Source of the DNA: Neovahlkampfia damariscottae
Taxonomy: Eukaryota
Reading direction: 5' to 3'
Length of the DNA stretch: 44,785 bases
Assembly (NCBI GenBank): GCA_016618085.1
Contig: JABLTG010000155.1
Location: 1-44,785, forward strand
Part shown: piece by piece, positions 11,090 to 20,436 of the stretch
Layout: every line of letters begins with the position of its first letter
How positions within the stretch are numbered: the first letter of the stretch is position 1
Notes under the pieces: generated by a model
What the model saw: the letters and a program-made list of their open reading frames with translations, nothing else
Told to the model about the DNA's origin: nothing
The model's database searches: none
Translations under genes and position numbers: made by a program

Positions 11090-12782
11090 ATGAGAAAAAT
11101 ACAAATCCTGAGCTCTGTGACCACTTCCAGATTAGAATCACCATTAGATGAAGTCGGACCTTACATTGAAATAATTTTGAAAACCGGTAAGAATCTGGTG
11201 AAAAGAGACTTGAAAGGTAATAGGTCATTCAACAAATTTAACATTTTTTTTCAAAGGGTATTCTGATCCTTATATTATTTTTAAAGCAGGATTATCAGTT
11301 AAAAAGAGCAAAGTTATAAAAAAAACACTTAATCCTGAGTGGAACCAACATTTTCGTTTGAACTTATCACCGGAATATTTAAAACGTGAAGGATACTTGT
11401 ATATTGAATGCTGGAGTTATCATTTACTTTCTAATCACTCATATATGGGTGGTATAGAAATATCATTGAGAAATTTAACAAATGATTTCAATTATCAGTT
11501 TTCAGAGAAGTTTCAAAAAGTTGAAAGTGGAACATTGAATTTTGAAATAAAACCGAAAAATTTTCAAGTTTCATCGTATGGCAGTTTAAAGATAGATCCA
11601 AAATTTATTGTTGACAAATTGAAAAACTCAAAAAGATACAAAGATGTTGATGATGAAAGTGTGAAATTTCTGGCAAAAATATTATCCAACAGTGAAATGC
11701 TTAAAGAAAAATATTTATCAATGAAATGGGCTGATTCTTTATCAGTGTATAGGTCTTTATCTAAAGTATTTAATATTGATGATGATTTTGAATTAGTTCA
11801 AAATGGTGATCATATTTATGACAAAATGTAAATTTTTATTTTTATGACATTTTTATGAAGACTAGAAAAAGAGGTTAAAATTAAAATTATTGTTGCTGAT
11901 CAAGCATATGATTCAAACTTCCAGACTGGTTTGAGAAAGTTAATATCACCAATTATTGATGATTTTCACCTTTCAAGTATGGGATTATTTCACACAGCTT
12001 TATTGATAGGACCATGGTTTATTGAATGGAATGATTCTGCTATCTGTATTCCAAGAAAGTGTTTATCAAGATCTGCATTCTTAACTATTGATGTTGGTGA
12101 AATTAAGACAATAGAAACCTTAGAATCCATTCGTGATAAAATAGCTGATGTGATTGTGTACTGGAACGCAAATGTTGAATATGATTCTTATGGAAAATCT
12201 AAAAAAGGATACGGAAATTGTCAAGAATTCATTGAATCCATTTTACATGCTCTGAACATGAATATTGAATACACAGGAGTAATTGGAGATTTTCTTCAAA
12301 ATATGAAAAGACATGGATCCTCTAAACTGATATTTCCAATTAACCAACAAATGAAATTTGATTTTTGTCTGAGAGAAGATGAGATTGAATTCACATCTCA
12401 TTCTCAATTGGATAAATTTGTTCATTCCATTGAAGAAAAATCTACAGTTTTATTTGAAGAAACTTATCCAAATGAATATTTATTACTTAAAAGTTTCGAT
12501 CGTGCATTTTGGTTGAAGCATCAAAAATCAGTTGAAGATTATAGAAAAAATCAAAAAACAAAAATATTATTGACAGCAAAACAGACAACCTTCTCAAAAA
12601 AATATACAGAAAAAGAATATGCGGAAAAGATTCAAAAGATTGATGAAAAATTGTTATTATTGGAAAAACATGCAAAAGTAACAAAATGTTTGGTTCATGA
12701 GAAAGAGGAAAATTCTGTCGATGTCAAAAGACATAATTGTGCTTTTGGAAATCCATTTGAAACAAAATCATTCATTCAATAA
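11090..12782 (+). CDS. C2 domain + PPPDE/permuted papain-like domain protein (paralog 1); introns 11217-11256, 11828-11860
   Basis: Spliced C2: GKNLVKRDLKGYSDPY...KTLNPEWNQ...IECW...YMG. C-terminal GLFHTALLIGPW and GNCQEF supply a His...Cys pair. Clear paralog at 32206-34050. Confidence 0.75.
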
Positions 12783-13019
12783 TCATTATCAAATAATAAA
12801 TTTCTTTTTTTCTTATTGGACAAGGTTTTATATTTGGTTCAAGGAACCAAATCGAAATTAAGCATCCTTTTTGAATGAAATATTTTTATTTTACTGAAAT
12901 GAAAACTTTATAATTGTGAACAAAAATCAATTTGATTGCAAATTTTTTGATATTATATTGAAAGTATTTTTTTCTCAATGACAGTATAATCCACCTGTGA
13001 GAATTCGAATTCAGCATTG

Positions 13020-14900
13020 ACACCAGTCTACGAAATTTGTTGTTCCAGGATTTCTTTTTTTGTAGGCAAATAAAATTTCTGCACCTTTTTTTCTTTATGT
13101 TCTGACATAAGGTATTCCTTCAAATCTATTAAAAAATCAGATCGTTGGCCATCCATATTGCTGATCCTTCATTTTTGCAGGATTCTGTGTAAGTGTGAGT
13201 CATTTTTAATTTAATAAATTTATACATTGGATCTGTATCATCAGGCAACGAAGCACAAATGTATTTATCAATGCATCTTTTTTTCTTTTCAGTCATATAA
13301 CGTGGTCCGTTGGTGAAAGTCGGTGGTAAAATAACTCCAGTAATTTTTTTTACATCATCAATGTGTTCACATTCTTCTAATTCGTCGAATAATTTTAGTT
13401 TGAAATTCTTTTTTTTCATAGTATTCTAATTGAAATTATTCATATCTCGAGAACATATCTAAAGACCACTCACAACTCAATCTTCCAAAGTAACTCCAAT
13501 TAAGTTTTTTAAAATTTAACAAAATGCTTCGAATATATAACAAATATGAATGTTTCGCATCATTTTCTTGTTTCTCTTCTTTAGTGTAAAAAATGAATCC
13601 TGGTGTTCCTTTAAAATACAGCAAAGGATATTGAAGTGTTTCAAAAGCATGTGAATAAATTGAAATGGGTACTGATTTGTTTCTATCTTTTTCTATTACT
13701 ATTGCATATCTTCTTGGTGACATATTCTCTTCACCTCTCATTGTTAAAGTAGGTTCTGATTGTTTCTCAAATGAGAATCCTTTTCTGGAGTTTTTGATGA
13801 ATGAAAATTTACATATCGATCAAGAAGTTCATTTTCTTCTTGAAGAACTTTTCTAATTTCTTCAATCATTTCAACCCATCCTTTATCTATTAAAGTTTGA
13901 TGACCAAAATGATCTAAAGAATCATTAATCATCCATAATGTATTGATTGAATCAGAAATTTGTAACAATCGGTGGTAAATTTCCTCTAACTTTTAAAAAA
14001 CAATTGAATTCTAATTGTTCAAAACCTCCTTCTCTTGCTGTTCCTATTGCTGAAATACAAAATTGATAATTTATAAGCCTTGAATATGTTGATATTTCCT
14101 TATAATCTCCATTACAATGCTTCTTAATAATGGACATAATTCTATCTGATATTGGAGACAAAACTACTTGCCTTGATTTATTTCCTTGACAACAAAAATT
14201 TGATTCAAATTTAAATAATAACAATCATTTCATATATTGGTCCATTTTGCATTTCGTTATAATTTTTTTTTGAATTTTGTCGTTGAGGTCTCTTTGATGT
14301 TGCTCTTGATTGAACTGAACTTTTTGCATTTGATTTTGGTACTTCTTTTTTTGTAGGTTTTGATGAAGAAATCATGCAAAATTCTGGATTTTTCTTTTCT
14401 GTTTCTGTTATTTCACTTTTTTCTGTGATTCATTTTCAACCATAATTTTTGAAGTGTAAGTGTTTAACTTAAAGCTGTTTCATTCACATTTAATTATTTT
14501 CCTTGAAAAACCTTCGCAACAATAATAACGATCTATAAACAACTCTTTAAAGTCTTCATCCTCTTCAATCATTCTACAGCAAGTAAATCTTTTGATGAAA
14601 AACTATGAATGTGTAATTGAAAAAACACTGATACACGTGCATAGGAAAAATCAATTTCTCTTCTTTCCTTCCTCTAGTCTTGCTTTTTACGCTGGTGGTT
14701 CTTGAAGCTCTATTCTACGTTTCATATCAGCGCATGTATCACACAAACTTGTTGGTTTTTTTTTTTGATTTTGAGCAAATCTCTTGGTCATATTTTGTAA
14801 AATCAAGCATTTCTTTGGTTTTTCTTTCACTTTGAAAAGTTCTTAAAGCTCTTTGATTGAAAATGTTTTTTTGTAAAAAGCTTCTGAATGACCATTGGTG
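13020..14900 (-). mobile_element. Decayed Helitron (Rep-helicase N-terminal region) remnant; boundaries approximate
   Basis: Fragments FCCQGNK, SRLINYQFCISAIG, FLKVRG, FETLQYPLLYFKGTPG, FGRLSCEWSLDMFSRYE, ILPPTFTNGPRYM and IDKYICASLPD...MTH are in Helitron Rep order. Many stops and frameshifts; no helicase domain visible. Confidence 0.85.
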
Positions 14901-15239
14901 GTTGCTGTATTTAAATTGAGCTAAGCTAAATTACTTTCATGCCACGAACAAACCGAATTTGATGTGCACTTTTCATTGGTTAAACTAAAAACGATTTTTC
15001 CATAAATATACGGTTTGCACCTCCTAGGTTTTTTAACATTCTTCATCTTGGCACTTTATGTCTAACAGGATTTCCGTCTTCGTTTTTTGTTTTTGTGAGT
15101 TTCAAAAAACTTCGTTTTTTAAAACCATTTAAGGAGAGAAAATTTGAAAAATCACTCAGTTTTACTTTGAATAAAACGACCAGCATTATTGGTCAATTTT
15201 TCCGCCAACAAAAAAAATCTGCCAACAAAACTGGTTCAG

Positions 15240-17391
15240 ATGAGCAAAAGAAAAGTGAACAAAATTTTATCTAACTATTTCATGAAGATTAAGTCCATTT
15301 CACTTGATTCAGAGGATGAAGACTTTGAAATTAAAGGATCAGAAGAATCAGAAGACGAAGAGGTTTTGAACGTAACAGCTGAAAATGAAGAAGCAGAAGA
15401 TGAATTCATTGATGATTATTCAGATGAAGATTTTGTTGAAGATGTAAAACCACCAAAATCTTTGCAAGAAAGGATGAAAAAATTAAATGAACTTTTATCA
15501 AAAGCAGAAAGATATTCTGAATTCTTAGAAGCTCAGTCAAGAGGATTAGATCCTTTGGAAAAGAATGTAATTTTTTTTTTCATCTAATTTTTTTCAAGCC
15601 AAAAAAAAAACAAAAAATTGAAAAAGTTACATTCGCACAACCAAAATATCTTTCAGGAGGTGACTTGAGAGAATATCAATTAAAAGGAGTAGAATGGTTA
15701 GTTGGCTTATGGGAACAAGGAATGCATGGTATATTAGCAGGTAATTTAAAATATTAAAATAAAAAAAAAAAACAGATGAAATGGGACTTGGAAAAACTGG
15801 TATGATAAAAAAACGAATTAAATTTATTTTTTAGTTCAAAGTTTAGGTATTTTAGCTCATCTATTTGGAAAAAAAATTAAAGGCCCATTTCTAATTGTAA
15901 CTTTAAATTTTTTTAACATTTTTCAACCAGGTTGCTCCATTATCCACGTTATCAAATTGGATGAATGAAATTAAAAAATGGTGTCCTGAATTCAAAGTTT
16001 TATTATATCACGGAAATCAATCCGAAAGAAGAGTTATTAGAGAAAAGAATTTCTCAAGGAATGACATCACTTGTATTGTTACATCATATGAAGTTTCTTT
16101 AAGAGATAGATCTTATCTCATGAAATTCACATACAAATATTTGATTGTAGATGAAGGTCATAGATTGAAGAATTTCAATTGCAAATTGGTGAGAAGTCTA
16201 AAAAGATTAAAAAGTGATAATCGATTATTACTCACAGGAACACCTTTACAAAATAATTTGAATGAATTGTGGTCTTTATTAAATTTCATTGTTCCTGATA
16301 TTTTTGATGATTTAGATATCTTTCAAAGTTTTTTTAATTTTACGGATATCAAAGAACAAGAAAAATCAAAAGTAGCAAAAGAAAAACAGACTTTAGTTCA
16401 TAAATTGCATTCTATTTTAAGACCATTTTTATTCAGGAGATTGAAAGTTGATGTTGATACATTCATTCCTGAAAAGAAAGAATTTATTTTATACATTCCA
16501 ATGGTTAAAACTCAAAGAGAATTATATGATTCATTTGAAAAAAAAGAGATTGTACCAAAATTGAAAGGAAAAATTGATCGTCAAAATTTCTTGACTTTAA
16601 TAATGCAACTTAGAAAAGTCTGTAATCATTCATTATTTTTCAAAGAATTTGTATATAATGATAAATTATCAATTGAAGAAAATGATGTTATACGATCAAA
16701 ACAAATAGTTGATCATTCAGGAAAGTTAAAAATGTTAGACAAAATGATACCTATTTTGAAGAAAAATGGACACAAAGTGTTGATTTTTTCATTATTTACT
16801 ACCATGTTGGATATATTAGAGCAATATATGAACATTAGAAAAATCAATTTTTGTCGTTTAGATGGTCATGTAAAACAAACAGATAGAGAAGAAAGAATTA
16901 AACAATTCAATGAAGATGAAGATGTTTTTTGTTTTTTAATTTCAACAAGAGCTGGAGGTGTTGGAATTAATTTGGTCTCTGCTGATACTGTGATTATTTA
17001 TGATTCAGATTTCAATCCTCAAAATGATTTACAAGCACAAGATCGATGTCATAGAATTGGTCAAACAAAGAAAGTCCGTGTGTTTCGATTAATTACAACA
17101 AAATCAATTGAAAAGAAAGTGTTGAATATTGCTTCAAAGAAATTGAATTTGGAAAGAATGATCATTTCAAAAGGAAATTTTAAAGGTGTTAATGCAAAGA
17201 AAAATGATATTTCAACTGAAAATTTGATCCATTTGTTGTTTAATCCTGACAAAGAATCTGAAAATGAAAAAGAAATTATTTCTGATGAGAATTTGGTAAA
17301 AATTTTGATTAAAAGAGACGAAGAAATGGATAAAAAAGGATATGGCTATGAAGAAGTCAAAGTTGAAAATGAAACTTTGAATTTGGAATAA
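15240..17391 (+). CDS. SNF2-family chromatin remodeler, Lsh/HELLS/DDM1 subfamily; introns 15567-15598, 15741-15775, 15800-15834, 15897-15930 and probable in-frame intron 15255-15287
   Basis: LNELLSKAERYSEFL, QPKYLSGGDLREYQLKGVEWL, GILADEMGLGKT, DEGHRLKNFNCKL, LLLTGTPLQNNL, STRAGGVGINL, QAQDRCHRIGQ. No chromo, bromo or SANT domain seen, consistent with Lsh/DDM1. Confidence 0.85.
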
Positions 17392-17749
17392 ATATTTGTT
17401 CAAACGTTTTTGAAATATTTGGATTGACCATCAAGCAGCAAAGTGAAATCTTTCAAATGACTGATTAATTGATCAAACAAAAAAAATGATTATGGTAAAA
17501 TTTTATTTTCATTATTTTTCATCAAACTTCTCATTAATGTCCAAATCACTCACTTGGGACATATAATTTCCTGATAAATTATCAATATTTGTGCTTTCTG
17601 ATATGGTTGGAGTTGCATTGACTCCATAATGTAGTGATGATGTGATAAAGATGGTTCTTGGAAAAATTCATTTGGTATGGTGTCTATTTTTTTGGTTCGA
17701 AACCAATACTTTGGTTGGAATATTGTTTTTGTCTGTGATTGGTTGTTTG

Positions 17750-19495
17750 ATGAAAAACTCTGTGAACTTGTGCAACTCTTCTTCTTTCGTTGTGGAAGAA
17801 ACATTGATGAAGAAAAACCACAAAGAAATAGAAAACTTGCAACTTTCTTCTTGTTCTCTCAAAAACATCAATTTTTTAACTCAATTCTCAAATTTAAAAT
17901 CACTTGACATCAGCCACAATTACGAACTAACAGATTTATCACCATTAGAAGAATTAAATTTACAAGACCTCAACATATCCTTTTGTCAAAATTTAAACAA
18001 TTTACATTTAATAAAAAAGATGAAAAAGTTGACCAGTTTACAAATCAACAGAACAAAAACACAAGACTTTTCATTTTTAAACAATTTATCATCCTTAGAA
18101 AAACTAACAATTTCAAATTGCCCAATTGAAGATATCAGTTTTTTAAAACAAAATCCAAAATTGAAATATTTGGATTTGAGCATCACAAAAGTTGAAGATT
18201 TATCACCATTGAAGTATACATTGGATTTAGAGGAATTATTTCTTGTTGAATGTCCTTTTGATTCCATTGAAGCAATTGAAGAATTATCAAAATTGAAAAA
18301 ACTTGATGTCACAGGAACTGTAATTACAAACATATCAAGTATAAAGTATTTAAAAGATTTACAAACACTCAATCTATGCGCATGTGAGATTAACGATATT
18401 CATTGTTTAAAAGAAAATGGAAAATTAACATCATTGAATTTAAGTCAAACTATAATCACAGATTTCTCAGTTTTGAATAATTTAAAAGAATTAAAAGAGT
18501 TAATCCTTGAAGCATCTGAAATTAAAGATTTGAAATTTTTGGAAGAGCTTAACTCATTGAGAAATCTCAATTTGACAGATTCAAAAATTTTTGATTTTTC
18601 GCCATTGAAAAAATTAACAAAAATTGAAGAATTGAATCTTTGTGGTTGTAGAATCAATGATACAAATTTTTTGGAAGAAATTTCTTTTTTGAAAAATTTG
18701 AATTTAGCAGAAACAAATATTGTCAAATTTTCATTTTTAAACAAATTCTCACAATTGGAACAATTATGTTTATCAAGATGTGCTTTTGAGGATTTGAATG
18801 ATTTGAAGAATTGTTCAAAATTGAACTTTTTGGATTTATCAAGAACAATTGTTCATGACCTCACTCCTCTGAAGAATTTATCAGAATTAACTGAATTATT
18901 TCTTGATGTATGTCCAATTGAAGATATCAGTCCTTTAAAGAATCATCAAAAACTCAAATATTTAGGATTGTCTGAAACAAAGGTGAAGAATGTTTTTCAT
19001 CTTTTGGGTAACTCATCATTGGAAGTTTCTTCATCAAGAATTCTTTTGACAACTGAAATAGTGTTGAATTCAAAACGATCATTTCATGAAAAAATCAAAA
19101 TTTCTGCTCATGAGTTGATTAAAATTCTTGAAATGAACGAGAAACATAATTATGATATTATGGCATTGATGAATCAATTTCTCATGATTTGCACAAAAAT
19201 TTGGTTTGGAACAAGTCATTTAGTATTTTTAGAATTGAAACAAAGAGTTCAGGATGGTGCAATTTCTGCAATGGATGTGATGAAACAATACATGGACCCA
19301 AAAGGAAAAGTTGGAAAATTACATCAAGTAGGAGTGAATGTCATTCAATTTTGTCATTTATATTATCGATACTGTTTAAGAATCGGAGATGAAAAACTTG
19401 AAGAATTGATCGAAAAGAGTGATTTGAAAAATGAAGTGAAGATCACAAATCCGTTTTCTGTTGAAGAAATTATTTCATTTTTATTAAAAGAATAA
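17750..19495 (+). CDS. Leucine-rich repeat protein (about 18 regular 22-aa internalin-like repeats) with unknown helical C-terminal domain
   Basis: Repeated LxxLxLSxTxIxDLSPLxxL pattern. ATG 17750 chosen because it follows an ATTGG at 17738. Confidence 0.8.
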   Translation: MKNSVNLCNSSSFVVEETLMKKNHKEIENLQLSSCSLKNINFLTQFSNLKSLDISHNYELTDLSPLEELNLQDLNISFCQNLNNLHLIKKMKKLTSLQINRTKTQDFSFLNNLSSLEKLTISNCPIEDISFLKQNPKLKYLDLSITKVEDLSPLKYTLDLEELFLVECPFDSIEAIEELSKLKKLDVTGTVITNISSIKYLKDLQTLNLCACEINDIHCLKENGKLTSLNLSQTIITDFSVLNNLKELKELILEASEIKDLKFLEELNSLRNLNLTDSKIFDFSPLKKLTKIEELNLCGCRINDTNFLEEISFLKNLNLAETNIVKFSFLNKFSQLEQLCLSRCAFEDLNDLKNCSKLNFLDLSRTIVHDLTPLKNLSELTELFLDVCPIEDISPLKNHQKLKYLGLSETKVKNVFHLLGNSSLEVSSSRILLTTEIVLNSKRSFHEKIKISAHELIKILEMNEKHNYDIMALMNQFLMICTKIWFGTSHLVFLELKQRVQDGAISAMDVMKQYMDPKGKVGKLHQVGVNVIQFCHLYYRYCLRIGDEKLEELIEKSDLKNEVKITNPFSVEEIISFLLKE

Positions 19496-19702
19496 AATCT
19501 CATTTTGAAAACATTAATGAACCCTGACCATGGTGGAAACTTCAACGTTTGTCTGATTTTTCCCAATAAAATTCTTCAGTGCAATCTTTAGTGCAATTTT
19601 GAAAATCCTTTTCGTCGTCCTTCCATGAGTGTTTCAACAATATTTAAACCACAAATCAAAGAAATTGAAACATTCATTGAAGAAGAACAAATTGTTACAG
19701 AA

Positions 19703-20346
19703 ATACACTTGATTGTTTAATTATTGATGAAATTGGAACACAAATGGAAGTATTTGCAACTAAAGAATGTTCACAAAGAGGTATAATTTTATATGCATCT
19801 GCACACGGAAATGTTAAAACATTAGAAAAAAATCAANNNNNNNNNNNNNNNNNNNNNNNNNNNNNNNNNNNNNNNNNNNNNNNNNNNNNNNNNNNNNNNN
19901 NNNNNNNNNNNNNNNNNNNNNNNNNNNNNNNNNNNNTGATTGTTTAATTATTGATGAAATTGGAACACAAATGGAAGTATTTGCAACTAAAGAATGTTCA
20001 CAAAGAGGTATAATTTTATATGCATCTGCACACGGAAATGTTAAAACATTAGAAAAAAATCAAACAGTTGTTGGTTTAGTTGGTGGAATTGAATCTGTAA
20101 TTATGGGTGATAAAAATATTAAAACACAAAAAGAAAAAATACAAAGAAAATTAAAATACAAACCATTATTTGATGTAATTGTTGAATTTGAAAAAGAAAA
20201 TCGAAATAAATGGACAATTCATCATAATGTTGAAGAATTAATGGAAAAATTACTTTCTGGAAAAGAATATGAAGTTGAAATAAGATCATTCAATCAAGAA
20301 ACAGGAAATGTTGAAATTAAGAAAGAAAAACAAAAAGTAGAGGAAT
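19703..20346 (+). repeat. Partial duplicate of the 3' ~415 bp of the downstream gene (22529-22945), split by an N-gap
   Basis: 19937-20346 matches 22536-22945 with a single mismatch seen (T20338 vs C22937). 19710-19836 matches 19937-20063. Confidence 0.9.
19837..19936. other. 100-N scaffold gap with ~127-bp identical overlapping flanks (probably a negative gap)
   Basis: Run of N; the left flank end is identical to the right flank start. Confidence 0.9.
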
Positions 20347-20436
20347 TGAATTTTGATGGAATTTTCCAATGGAAATTTACATGCTGTAAAATTGTCATAA
20401 AATTGACCAATCAAAATAGTTGTTTCAACTAAACAA

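Noticed and set aside
13001..13012. GAATTCGAATTC palindrome as the Helitron 3' hairpin
   Set aside because: Not GC-rich and no correctly spaced CTRR terminus follows on the minus strand.
17750..19020. 66-bp periodicity as a CRISPR-like or tandem DNA array
   Set aside because: Explained by 22-aa LRR coding repeats. No CRISPR, tRNA or rRNA features were recognised in the window.
19710..20063. Three copies of the ATPase fragment
   Set aside because: The two copies flanking the N-run are identical overlapping contig ends, most simply one copy.
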